Position numbers and translations under genes: made by a program. Shown here one piece after another: positions 25,391-46,828 of a DNA stretch of 64,000 bases (the stretch's first letter is position 1; each line of letters begins with the position of its first letter). Below the pieces are notes generated by a model. The model saw only the letters and a program-made list of their open reading frames with translations, did not search any database and had not been told where the DNA came from. The DNA is from Eledone cirrhosa. Lineage: Eukaryota. Where the stretch lies: assembly GCA_964016885.1 (NCBI GenBank), contig OZ024755.1, forward strand, positions 29,512,001 to 29,576,000, written 5' to 3'.

Positions 25391-25648
25391 ATTTGGGGGA
25401 AATATTTTCCACCAACACTTGTGCCAAACTGGATCGACCTTTGACGTCTCCGTGGAGAACATTAGTAGTATAATAAAGGGAAAGGTTAATTGAAGACATG
25501 GATGATAACTAAGACTTCTACATCAAGGAGATATACTACTTTAACGCTAAACTCCTCCAGTTGCAGATTGTGCATCAACATGAGATATTTTTCTCCACAA
25601 AGTTCGATCACCAACAGCAGAGTTTAAAGAGCAAAGATAAAGTCCAGT

Positions 25649-25980
25649 CTATAAGTTGACATTATCAAGCCATCGTTTTGGCTGCCGGCCTCTGCTTCTC
25701 TTACCAGCCAACCTTCCTTCCAGGAATAAACTACTCACAGCACGAGTTGATCTTTTTATATGACCGCATAGTTTGAGTACTCTTGACTTGACAATGGATG
25801 TAATTGGTCTACATTTGGTAATGTTGAGCAGCTCACTGATACAGATACGGTCGCTGAGCTGCTTGTCAGTCATAAGTCTCATGATGTGGTTCTGGAATGT
25901 AGAGAGCTTCTGAAGTGACCTTGTCGTCCAATTAACACATTCAAGACCATATAACACAAGTGGTAGGATGTAAGTATCGA
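25649..25980 (-). pseudogene. RTE-clade ORF C-terminal fragment
   Basis: LYGLEC..W..KLSTFQN..MR...IVKSRVLKLCGHIKR..LEGRLAGKRSRGRQPKRWLDNV. Confidence 0.85.
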
Positions 25981-26455
25981 AGAGGGAGACATACCGAAGA
26001 TCAATTACTGGTGATGTGGATTATTCCATTTCCAGAAGAATATGAATGCAAACTTCTGATCATTCAGATACGACGGTCTGGCATCTGATCAACTAGGAGC
26101 GTATTTATTCAGGTTTGTGAAACCTGAGTCACTTCTGAGTCTTCAGAAAAATATAAATTTTATGGAACACATTGTATGCTAAATCCTCTCGTTTGTACAC
26201 CCTTCACTTTTCTCGTTATCTCTTCTTGCTTTTCACCCGATCTCTCTCACGACCCCCCCCCCCCCTCTCTCTCTCTCTCTCTCTATCTATATATATATAT
26301 ATATATACATATATATCGATTTCGATGTCCTGTTTTAAGCCCCGAAACATCAATGATCTGCAGTTAACAGCTGATGAAGGGTTTCTTCTCTTGTTTTGTC
26401 CATATTACCATTTTAAACTTTGTTTCCAGTAACCACGCAGCCTGCTTCGTTTCTT

Positions 26456-26550
<95 letters not shown>

Positions 26551-26551
26551 A

Positions 26552-26808
26552 TCAATGATATTAATAAATGGAAACTATATTTATAAAACCATATTTATTC
26601 TATTATATATATTTCAAGTGTACCAATACTTTGGTACGCTCTCATCAGATAAAATACAAAGTTTGTTTTATAAATCTTGACATATCCAGGAAGGAGATCT
26701 TAACGGTTCAAGTTTTTATTAATATCATTGGTATTATACTCCAGAAAACCGGTCGAGTGCTTCGAATCAGTTATATTTGAATTAACAACAAATTAAATAT
26801 CCCTTTTG

Positions 26809-26810
<2 letters not shown>
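26552..26810 (+). mobile_element. Family A element: inverted ribozyme-bearing 5' part plus forward tail
   Basis: CAATGATATTAATAAA (26552) is inverted at ~26715-26730; tail resembles 16775-16862; (TA)n on both sides. Confidence 0.75.
26596..26656 (-). ncRNA. Type I hammerhead ribozyme, family A (best-preserved copy)
   Basis: Minus strand TATTTTAT CTGATGA GAGCGTACCAA-AGTA-TTGGTACACTT GAAA TATATA TA ATAGAATA; 8-bp helix I with one G-U pair, 11-bp helix II with one mismatch. Confidence 0.8.
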
Positions 26811-26888
<78 letters not shown>

Positions 26889-27391
26889 TAGATAGATATC
26901 ACTCGTTTTTAGGTTATCTGGGGTGCAGCTAACATCTTACGCTATCTTATATGTGGCTACTTGATCTGTTTGAAATGAGATCTAAATCTCAATGAGATCA
27001 AAGTCCACTTCTCCTTTGAAATATCAAACAGTATAACGTAGCACAGACAAATCATAAAATCACAGGTAAAAGAAAGATGATCAATAAGGACAACATTTCT
27101 TATGATTAAAACCGATTAAATTTACATTTTCTCTAATAACCTATGTTTTGTCTGTGAGGAAAATATGTTAAGCGCATATATCTGAAGCTATGGGTAATCC
27201 TATTATGGTAAAGTCTGCTCTGATAGAGCGGAATTATGTCAAAATAGTTTCAAACAGAACCATTCCAGGAATAGCTACTGCTACATTATCTAACGAGTTC
27301 ACACATTCTTCAAGACTGTCTGTAATTATTTAACTTGGTATTCAGCTGCTATTTCTTACAAAATCTGTAGAATATTACACACTGCTTAAAG

Positions 27392-27607
27392 CAGGCATGT
27401 CAAACATACTGCCCACGGGCTGCATGCGACCCTTTACAAGCACACTTTCGGTCCGCAGAAGGGTTTATACAGCGCGAGCAAGTTTTAACTTCGTAATATA
27501 AAATAAAAGAAATTAGTTGTAATGTGCGCAATTAGTAGCGTGTGGCCCTCAGACAACACATATATGACCCATATGGCCGTCATGAAACCCTCATTTTGAC
27601 ATACCTG
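27392..27607. mobile_element. hAT/Charlie-type MITE (duplicate at 33580-33795)
   Basis: TIRs CAGGCATGTCAAA / TTTGACATACCTG, subterminal GGCCC-type motifs, imperfect 8-bp flanks GCTTAAAG / GTCAAAAG. Confidence 0.7.
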
Positions 27608-28471
27608 GTCAAAAGTATATTGTTGGCCACTGAATATGTACCCATTTTTGACAAAGACAAAATAAATCACCGGATGTTCAAGCCATAATATCATTTTTCC
27701 CGGCATTCAAATAATTGTCAAGGGAGAAAATCTATACTTCATTCCACTAATCAAAATATATATGTTTCATTTATTTCTAAACGCCGATAATATTTGATTT
27801 TGTATCAGAATGTCTACAGAACTACGTGGTCAATATATATATGTATATATATTTTTTTTCTCCCTGCTCACTCTATCATATTCCTTGCGCTTTGTTAGAT
27901 ATCAACCTAATAAAAATAAAAATAAAATTAGTCTTATCAACGACTAAAGTGGAGATAATGCCAATTGCAACATCTAATTCAAGCCAAGAATATATATTTG
28001 AATTACACTAAACGAAAACAAAATCATTCAATCGAATTTTATAGCTTACCTTAATTTACATTTCGTTCCGAACTTAACAAATATACTTAGAGCTTGTTGT
28101 ATCCCATCAAACGAAGGGCGGAAGAAAAACAATGACGATTTTTTTTTTCTTCAATGCTCTGTAGAAACATATCTACATTAATGTCATCCAAGACGAAACT
28201 TGACATTTATTTCAAATATCAAGTTTTGTGAACTTTATAAGGTGTTAATGATATATATTAAAAAAAAAAAAGAAATATGTTTATTGATATTTAAGTTATA
28301 CATAAGTGATTATTGATTTGTCACATTGGCGGAAGCTAGAACCTGACATAAATAAAAAGAAGGGGTTGATTTATTTTAAACTAACATATTACGTGTATGA
28401 TACTAATTTTATTCAAATGGCATAGCCAAAGCATCAATGTTTATATTTGTATTAAAAACTATTTGTACACA

Positions 28472-28514
<43 letters not shown>

Positions 28515-28527
28515 TCATACATATGTA

Positions 28528-28564
<37 letters not shown>

Positions 28565-28566
28565 TC

Positions 28567-28610
<44 letters not shown>

Positions 28611-28628
28611 TCATATATAAATATATTC

Positions 28629-28660
<32 letters not shown>

Positions 28661-29257
28661 TCATATATAAATATATTCATATATATATATATATATATAT
28701 ATCCATATGTATATATATATATATCCATATATATATATATATATATATATATCCATATGTATATATATATATATCCATATGTATATATATATATCCATAT
28801 GTATATATATATCCATATGTATATATATATATCCATATGTATATATATATCCATATGTATATATATATATCCATATATATATATATATCCATATATATAT
28901 ATATATATATATTAATATCCATATATATATATATATATATTAATTAATATCCATATATATATATATATATATTAGTATATATATATATATTAATATATAT
29001 ATATGTATTAATATATATATATATATATATATTAATATATATATATATATATTAATATATATATATATATATTAATATATATATATATATATTAATATAT
29101 ATATATATATATATATATTAATATATATATATATATATATTAATATATATATATATATATATATATTAATATATATATATATATATTAATATATATATAT
29201 ATATATATATATTAATATATATATATATATATATTAATATATATATATATATATATA

Positions 29258-29295
<38 letters not shown>

Positions 29296-29649
29296 TATAT
29301 GTTGGAAGATCACTGATGAAGGACTAACTTTATTAATATATATATATATATATATTCATATATATGTGTATATATATATTCATATATATATATATATACA
29401 AACATACATACATACATATAAAATATATATACATTTATATCTATATATATATATATAAATGTATATATACATATATATATATATAAATGTATATATACAT
29501 ATATATATATATACATATATATCTATATATATATATACACATATATATCTATATATATATATACATATGTGTATATTTATATATATATATATATACATAT
29601 ACATATGTGTATATTTATATATATATATACATATACATATGTGTATATT

Positions 29650-29728
<79 letters not shown>

Positions 29729-29753
29729 GTGTATATATATATATGTGTGTGTG

Positions 29754-29795
<42 letters not shown>

Positions 29796-30157
29796 TACAT
29801 ATGTACATATTTATATATATATATATACATGCGTGTGTGAATAGAGAGCGAGAAAGAGAGGGGGGGCAGGAGAGAGATAAATAGCTGAGTGTATAGACTG
29901 AAGAAAAGTATTTATATTAACACCTTATCCGTGGCTCCTTAAACGTAAACACATTGAATGATCAAAACAATATACGAGCAAAATTTGGTAGGCGGAAACT
30001 AACTAGATATTCTTTAAAGGGTTGAACGTATTTGCTTATATGAAACCATAAGAAATATAAACATGCATACATCTAAGGCGGAAGAGACGGGCGACAGCTC
30101 TGCGACATATCCTGGGAGACATGGGTAAGACGCATCAATATTGCGTAACCTGAGACG

Positions 30158-30332
30158 CAAAAAGGGTCTTGGAGTGACAAAAAGGGTCTTGAAGAGACAA
30201 AAAGGGTCTTGAATGGACAAAAAGGGTCTTGAATGGACAAAAAGGGTCTTGAAGAGAAAAAAGGGTCTTGAATGGACACAAAGGGTCTTGAAGAGACAAA
30301 AAGAGTCTTGAAGAGACAAAAAGGGTCTTGGA
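30158..30332. repeat. 20-bp minisatellite AAAAAGGGTCTTGAA(G/T)(A/G)GAC, about 9 units (duplicate at 36517-36690)
   Basis: Direct reading. Confidence 0.95.
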
Positions 30333-30449
30333 ACTGGAAGGTTACAACACTTACCAAAGAAGATACAAAATAAAAAGACAGAACGGAAAAAAATCAAAAT
30401 CTTAACATAAAAAACTATATTCATATAAATATATATGAGTAGAAATATG

Positions 30450-30663
30450 ATTTCTATTATAGACACAAGGCCAGTAATTTTGTCGGAGGGGAAAGTCAAT
30501 TAAATGGACCCCAGTATGTTACTGGTGCTTTATTTTATCGCCCCCTTAAGGCTGAAAGGCGAAGTTAACCTCGACAGGATTTGAACTCAGAACGTAAAGT
30601 GTCGTAACTCTATACCACGAAGCATGTTATCAGACGCTCTACCGATACTGCCAATCCACTGCC
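30450..30663 (-). mobile_element. SINE family 1, long variant (duplicate at 36810-37022)
   Basis: A and B boxes plus an extra internal segment GTCGGAGGGGAAAGTCAATTAAATGGACC absent from the other copies. Confidence 0.85.
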
Positions 30664-31659
30664 GCGCGCGCGCGCGCGTGCGTGCGTGCGTGCGTGTGTG
30701 TGTGTGTGTTTGTGTGCGCGCGTGTGCGTGTGTGTGTTTATGTTTGTGTGTGTCTGTGTTTTTCTGTGGATAAATATCTTAATGGTTTGTGAAATGTTAA
30801 CGGTATATGCAATCAATCAGGTTGTACAGTTTCCAAATTCTTTCCATTTCCACAATTAGTATGTTGTGTATCGTAACCCCTTATAGGGTATTGTTTGTGT
30901 CATGACCGAAACTTGCTTTACTTTCGTTATTTCATCATTCTCCTCATTTTATACAATTTAAATAATTTTTTTCTCGATAGACGTATTGGACTTTTACTGA
31001 AAACAACTTGCCTCAAATTTCATTGGCGTTTTTAATTTTAAAATCGATTATTTTTCCCTTTGGCAACCTTCACTGTTTTAAATGATATTGATCGTATTGA
31101 TCAGTAGAGTCAATACCATGTCGACAAACATGTACTATGGTAAACAGCTTTATACCACGTGGGTGTTTAGGCGCAGTCAATATTACCAATTGTTTTGAGG
31201 AGATACATTTCACTTATTATTAGATCACCATTGAAAAGTATTTATCAATTATCAATACTCTCTTGAAAAATGTTCACAAACTTATGCTGGCTTGTTTGTA
31301 TCAGAGGGTTATGTGTTTCCTTTTTGCTTTTGTTTCTTCAGCTTCCTACAACATTTCTGTAAACACGTGCCATCATCATGGGGAATCCATTGGCTTTTTC
31401 GCTATATAAGTTTCAATCTTCTTCTGCTACTGCATCCACCTCTTCCACCTCTTCCTCCTCGTGAATGGACGCAGGGACTGTGTAGGAATAGCGGATATGG
31501 GAAGAGGGTGTAAAAGCCTCGAAAATCTGCTCAGACGTTTCCAACTGTCTGTATTTCCTGACTGGTACCGACTGGATTTCCTGAATGTGCCAATGTGGTT
31601 TGTCCAAATCCACATTCGGGAAATCCAGGCCCACGGGCTTGCGGCGAAATTGTATTTCG

Positions 31660-32151
31660 ACCAATTCTTCAGCGCGAAGCGTGAAGGCTGCGTTTTTCAG
31701 AGCTAGGACGTGTGCTCTCAGAGACGAGAGGATGAAGGCCGTTCGATGCGCCGAAGTGGCGGAGGCGCACCGAGACAAGAGAGCCATAATCTGGTCTTTG
31801 GAGGACCACGATGGACGCATGTTACTTGATCCCGGGCAAATGTGTGCATCTGTTCATCAGCACTTTGCTCAGCTGTTCGATGACAGCAGCGGGCCGTATC
31901 GCACGATAGACTTTAGTGCCTACCTCGACGGTCAGCCGTGGCTCACGACCACAGAGGTGGGTTGTTGCAAAAAACCTATAAAAGCCGTTGAAATACGGAA
32001 AGCAATGACTAACTGGACAATAGGCAAAGCATCTGGTTTGTATGGTCTGCTATACCAGCTTTACGTACACCTGCCAGACTTGTTCGGCTACTCCTTGACG
32101 GACGTCTACTGCATCTGGCAGCAGAACGGAAGAATGTATTTTACGCCCTGA
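31660..32151 (+). pseudogene. L1/Tx1-clade ORF2 fragment, pre-RT region (duplicate at ~38010-38503)
   Basis: HQHFAQLF...KKPIKAVEIRKAM...GKASGLYGLLYQLY, matching the PITxxEIxxA...GKSPGxDGLxxEFY pattern. Confidence 0.7.
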
Positions 32152-32687
32152 AATTTGTTCTCGTCTACTGGTTTTTGTATTCTTCTCCAATAACATCTAG
32201 CTTGAAGGACCGCTCCTGTATATTCTGTCACCAAAATCCAATCCCATATTTCTTTTCCAATATTTACTACACAGGCTGTAGTAATACAAATCATATATAC
32301 ATTTAATTACAATAAACAGGAAAAAACTAGTAACATAGGCAAAAATTCGCAATTTTCTGGTGAAGATATCTTGAAATAAATCTAGCTGAAAAAGAAAAAG
32401 CAAGTCTTCTCCATAATATTTTATTCAGAATTCTCAAATTCCATGTATTAAATGCAGAACATGTATATGTTACACATCTAAATTGGTAAGTATCATCGCT
32501 TCTGTATAAATGTATAAATACTGTATGCATCAAAAAATAACCAAGCTGTAATATAACTAATTCTATAGCACGTACTTAGAAAAATATCTCTCTCGCTCGC
32601 AAGCAAGCTTGGTGAGGATGCGGGTTTTGTTGTAGGCCATCCGACCTTATATATATATATACGTCTATATATATATATATATATATA

Positions 32688-32887
32688 NNNNNNNNNNNNN
32701 NNNNNNNNNNNNNNNNNNNNNNNNNNNNNNNNNNNNNNNNNNNNNNNNNNNNNNNNNNNNNNNNNNNNNNNNNNNNNNNNNNNNNNNNNNNNNNNNNNNN
32801 NNNNNNNNNNNNNNNNNNNNNNNNNNNNNNNNNNNNNNNNNNNNNNNNNNNNNNNNNNNNNNNNNNNNNNNNNNNNNNNNNNNNNNN
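32688..32887. other. Assembly gap (200 N)
   Basis: Run of n. Confidence 1.
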
Positions 32888-39050
<6,163 letters not shown>

Positions 39051-39096
39051 ATATACATATATACATATATATATATACGTATATACATATATATAT

Positions 39097-39158
<62 letters not shown>

Positions 39159-39202
39159 GTATATACATATATATATATATATATACGTATATACGTATAT
39201 AC

Positions 39203-39244
<42 letters not shown>

Positions 39245-39318
39245 TTACTAGTTGTAACCCAACAATTTAAATATAACTTTCCATATATATACATATATAT
39301 ATACATATATATATATAC

Positions 39319-39437
<119 letters not shown>

Positions 39438-39442
39438 CATAC

Positions 39443-39500
<58 letters not shown>

Positions 39501-39505
39501 CATAC

Positions 39506-39536
<31 letters not shown>

Positions 39537-39595
39537 CATACATATATATATATACATACATATATATATATATACATACATATATATATACATAC

Positions 39596-39626
<31 letters not shown>

Positions 39627-39647
39627 CATACATATATATATACATAC

Positions 39648-39678
<31 letters not shown>

Positions 39679-39683
39679 CATAC

Positions 39684-39714
<31 letters not shown>

Positions 39715-39755
39715 CATACATACATATATACATACATACATATATATATACATAC

Positions 39756-39802
<47 letters not shown>

Positions 39803-39853
39803 CATATATATATAGACATATATATATATATATAGACATATATATATATAGAC

Positions 39854-39922
<69 letters not shown>

Positions 39923-39925
39923 CAC

Positions 39926-39970
<45 letters not shown>

Positions 39971-40019
39971 GCGGCGATGAATTAGTTTTGCGAGGTTTTT
40001 TATATGAAATCGTGTGTCG

Positions 40020-42550
<2,531 letters not shown>

Positions 42551-42634
42551 CTTTGAATAACTTTGAAATGTTTTGGCCAGTATTGGCCCAGGCCATGTCT
42601 AACTTAATAGCACCACCTGGCGAAGTCTTTCAAT

Positions 42635-45600
42635 TCAGGATTTGGGCACCATGGCCCATTCGAGAAGAGAATTACTGTTTGCGGAGACATATCCGGGTGT
42701 GGGTGGTTTGTCCGGGATTACTTGGAGGAATTTGTCCAAAGACTTCTTGAATTTTGTGTGGTCAGTTTCTGTTTTGACGTGTCCTGGTGTGATGTTGAAG
42801 AGAGCAGGGCCGATTGAGGTGAATTAATTGTGCCGTATTGTTGTTATGAGTTGCGATTTAGATTTTGAATGGGACGGATAGCACGGGGCCCAAGCCTTGG
42901 GTGTATCTTGAAGGCGATGCCAACATCATTTGGGCAGTGATGATGGAACATTTTCCACATCATGCAGATAATATAACGCTCACGGCGACGTTGGAGTGAG
43001 TAAAGTTTCAGGTTTTCCAATCGACCCCAGTAGTCAAGGTCTGACATGCCATCTATCTTTTTCGTGATTGCCCTTTGAGGAGCTTCAAGTTTCATGATAC
43101 TTTGTTTCGTGTGGGGAGACCACAGTGGACAACAGTATTCAAGGTGTAGTCGGGCGAAAGTAGAGAAGAGAAGGATAATGGTGCGGGAATCTCTCGACTG
43201 GAAGGTTCTGAGGATCCAGGAACACATTCTGCGGGCCATGTCAACTTTGCTGCTTATATGCGTGGTCCAGCTTATGTTGCTGTCCACGGTTACTCCCAAG
43301 TCTCTGATGTTGTTAGATGCCACGAGAGTTTCCCCGGAGGGAAGGGAGTACGGGAGTTTCAGAGCATCCTCTTTTCCAAAGTGGATCAGTTCGAATTTGT
43401 CTTCGTTCAGTAACATGTTGTTCTTTTCTGCCCATTGGGTAACAGCCAGTAGGTCTGACTGAAGGCTTATCCGGTCATCCACGCCATTGATGACCTTTTG
43501 GAGCTTGGAATCATCAGCGAAAATTTTAATGTTGCTGTGTTTGATGATGTCAGTGATGTCATTAATATAGATGATGAAGAGAAGTGGGCCCAACACAGTG
43601 CCTTGTGGAACTCCACTACTGACTTTGGCTGGGCTTGATTTGACTCCCTCAACTACAACATGTTGGGTTCTGTTTGACAGGAAGCTCTTGATCCACTGCA
43701 GCAGCTTTCCAGTGACACCAATATTGGACAGCTTTCTCAGTAGAATGTTATGATCAACCCTGTCAAAGGCCTTGCTGAAATCAAGGTAGATAACATCAGT
43801 GTTGGAACCCTCTCCCAAGGCTCTCAAAATGTCATCAAAGTGATGCAGTAGTTGCGTCAGGCAATCCCTTCCATTACGGAATCCATGCTGGTTGGAGTTC
43901 AGCATATTGTTACTCTCAAGGAAGTGGGTCATTCGCGATCTCACCACTCGCTCAAATACCTTAATGATATGAGAGGTGAGTGAGATTGGACGGTAATTCA
44001 CGGCAAGGGATTTGTTTCCCTTTTTGAAAACTGGGACAACAGACTGGGATAGAAGGTTTTCTGGCACATATCCAGCATCCAGTGAGTTCCGCCACAGATT
44101 GGCAAGAGGAGAAGCAAGTTGGTGTTGACACGCCTTCAAGACACAAGCAGGGAACCTATCGGGACCTACTGCTGCATTATGCTTGATTTCCTTTATTGCC
44201 GCCAAGACATCAGGGGCGCCAAACGTTATGTCCGATAAGGTGTAATGGGGAGTAACATCGCCGATACAGCCCAGATCGGCCATATCAGGATTGCTGAAAA
44301 CAGAGCAGTATTGTTTCTGCAGTATCTCACCCATGGTTTTAGCATTGTCTTGAAGAGTGCCATTTTCATCAATTAGAGGGCCAACAGTAGAGCCAGTGAT
44401 TTTGTGTTTTTTTGCAAATGAAAAGAACACTTTGGGATTGAGTTTGATCTTCTCAATGGCCCAGGCTTCTTCAGCTCTTCTCTGATTGTTGATGAGGGAC
44501 ATTATGTTGTTTTGGAGGTTATGTTTTTTAATCTCTAGTGATGAAATGGCAGTCAAGTTGATGTGTTGCTGCTGACAGTATTTCAGCTTGTTGATTTTTT
44601 TGTTCGTTCTCTTAATTTTTCTGATGAGCGTTTTTCTATTTCTAGGGATTCTGCTCTTAGATTTGTTTATAGTTCTTAATGGGGTGTGTTTAGCACATAT
44701 GTTTGTAACAGTGTCCACAAATGTCTGCCAGGACTTTTTGATGTTAGTGGGTGTATGAGTGTGCGTGAAGGACCAGTCGACATGTGCAAGATCATGACTG
44801 ATCGCTTCCCAGTTTGCATTGTGGAAATCCATAGCGTCAAACGGATGGACAGGAGAGATGACATTGGGTTTGTATATTGGATGGTGGAATCTCAGATCAC
44901 AGAGAACCATGTCATGGTCAGAGAGTAGAGTTTTCTCCACTGCAATATTGTGGATATTGTCAGTGTGATTGCTGAAAATTAAGTCTAGGACGTTTTTGTG
45001 GCACCTCGTTGGTTCGAGCACTAGTTGGGATAGGAAGAAATCATCCATGAAGTCAAGAAGCGATTCCACAGCTTCCCTGTCAGAGGTTGAGGCAGAAGAA
45101 CCTGGTGGCAGGGTGTTTGTGGACCAGTCAACTCCGGGGAGGTTGAAGTCCCCCATCATTAAGATGTTGTCAGGGTGACACTCTTGGATGAAACACTTTA
45201 TGCTGTTGAGGCATTCCTTGAAGCATGGTACAGGCGTTTGGGGTGGCCTATAGAGCCCAACTACTAATAGGTTGTTGGTTTGACTGAATACAGTGACTGC
45301 CTCACAGTATCCATTAGTAAATATGTTCATAGCCTCTGTTGAGAAAGAATTATGGACATAAATGGCAGTTCCGCCCTTTCTTCTGCCAGCGCGATCAGCA
45401 CGGATGGCTTTGAAATTTTTCACTTTCACCTCGGCTTCCAAGTGGAGGTTACTGAGATGGGTTTCAGTGAGGACGAAGAAAGGGATGTGGTTTGGATGGA
45501 CATCAATCCAGTCCTCCAGGAATTTGATCTTCCATTTTTGAGTATTGGTGGAAGGGCTGATGCCTTGGGCGTTAAGCAAAAATGTAGAGGCGAGAGTGGA

Positions 45601-45771
45601 TGGTTTTAATTGTTTTGGTGTGTTGTTAATTTGTTTGTTTGTTAATGGCAGCAATGGGAGTTTGTGCAGTGGGGTGATAGTGGAGGGTGGTGCTGGGTGA
45701 TAGCTCGAATGTTTTTTTCCAGTTCTTTTGCCAGATTCATTATGGCTAAAAAAGAGGAAGAAGTTTCCTGT
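42635..45771 (-). CDS. LINE ORF2: apurinic-like endonuclease + reverse transcriptase; frame open 45771-42844, with a frameshift and stop near the C-terminus
   Basis: [40 protein letters not shown]; [47 protein letters not shown]. The C-terminus [10 protein letters not shown]...[22 protein letters not shown] continues in another frame to TGA at 42635. Confidence 0.93.
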
Positions 45772-46817
45772 TTAGAAGACTGTTGGTGACTGTGGTAGTG
45801 GTTATTTTTATGTAGGTTATGGTTTTTGTTTTTGCTTTTATTTTTAATTTTATTTTCATTTATCCGACGGGTCCCCGGGAGATGGGTAAAGGGACAATCC
45901 CGGTCTAAACACAATCTGTCTCGCAGGGAAAAACGGCAGATTTGTGGATTCCTTGTTTGAGTTATTGGTGGTTGTGTTGGTGTTAAATTAGAGTATGTAT
46001 TATGGTGGTGGCTGTTTGTGGGGATAGATCGTTTTGTCCTAGGTAAATGGGTGAATTTGCAGCCACTATCCGTACATATTCTATAGCGTAGAGAGTAGCG
46101 GCAAATGATGGGGTTTCGAGTGGGTGGGTATATGGGTGTGTGTGTTGTGAGAGGTGTAGATGATGGTTTGGGTAGGATTTGACGACCTTTGTGGACTGTG
46201 GGAGGGAGAGTTCTTGTTCTGGTATTAGAAGGTAAATTCCTTGACATAGCAGTAGACAAAAATGTTGTAGTAGTAGTAGTAGTAGTAGGCAGAGATGTTG
46301 GCAGTGGTGATGATTGGACTGCTGGGCCAGAGAAAGGATGTGGCGTTTCATGCTGTGAGACAGAGGCTACTGGGGGGTCAATAGTTTCATTTAGTAGATC
46401 GGCCATTGTTGATGAATCAAGGAGTGGTTCACACTGTTGTTGTCGTTGTTGTTGTTGCTGTTGTTGATGTTGTTGTTGTAGCTGTTGTTGATGTTGTTGT
46501 TGTAGCTGTTGTTGTTGTTGCTGTTGTAGCTGCTGTTGTTGTTGTTGCTGCTGCTGCTGGACAGCATTCGAAGAGAAAACACACCGTAGTTTATCCAAAT
46601 GTTTATTGATTAATTTAAAAGCAATTTCGATTTGCTTTAATTTATTTTGAATCTGTTGTTCAGATCGAGTTTTCAAAAATTGAACTGTACGTTTAGCAAT
46701 GTCGTTCAGAGATGAAGCATGTATGTCTTCAGTTTGGGAAAGGCAATGCCATGTGTTTATTAGAATGTCGATTTCATTATCAGACCAGTTCTGTTTGGAT
46801 TTTTGCTGGTTAGCCAT
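45642..46817 (-). CDS. LINE ORF1, 391 aa: Myb/SANT-like N-terminus, polyQ, two CCCH zinc fingers
   Basis: NWSDNEIDILINTW...RSEQQIQNKLKQI; Q-run; CRYSLRYRICTDSGCKFTH and CRFSLRDRLCLDRDCPFTH (C-x8-C-x4-C-x3-H). Confidence 0.85.
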   Translation of the reverse strand: MANQQKSKQNWSDNEIDILINTWHCLSQTEDIHASSLNDIAKRTVQFLKTRSEQQIQNKLKQIEIAFKLINKHLDKLRCVFSSNAVQQQQQQQQQQLQQQQQQQLQQQHQQQLQQQHQQQQQQQRQQQCEPLLDSSTMADLLNETIDPPVASVSQHETPHPFSGPAVQSSPLPTSLPTTTTTTTTFLSTAMSRNLPSNTRTRTLPPTVHKGRQILPKPSSTPLTTHTPIYPPTRNPIICRYSLRYRICTDSGCKFTHLPRTKRSIPTNSHHHNTYSNLTPTQPPITQTRNPQICRFSLRDRLCLDRDCPFTHLPGTRRINENKIKNKSKNKNHNLHKNNHYHSHQQSSKQETSSSFLAIMNLAKELEKNIRAITQHHPPLSPHCTNSHCCH

Positions 46818-46828
46818 TCTAGTTTTGA

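Larger units (their letters stand above)
26650..32687 (+). repeat. Copy 1 of a ~6-kb near-identical duplication
   Basis: Colinear with 32888-~39050; differs by scattered SNPs and microsatellite lengths. Confidence 0.95.

Noticed and set aside
29308-29330. CTGATGAAGGACTAAC half-hammerhead (also at 35550; similar partial motifs at 11092, 26340-26385 and 60828)
   Set aside because: The GAAA half or the pairing helices are missing; a full fold cannot be built
30158-30332. CRISPR-like periodicity
   Set aside because: Contiguous 20-bp units with no unique spacers, no cas genes, eukaryotic context
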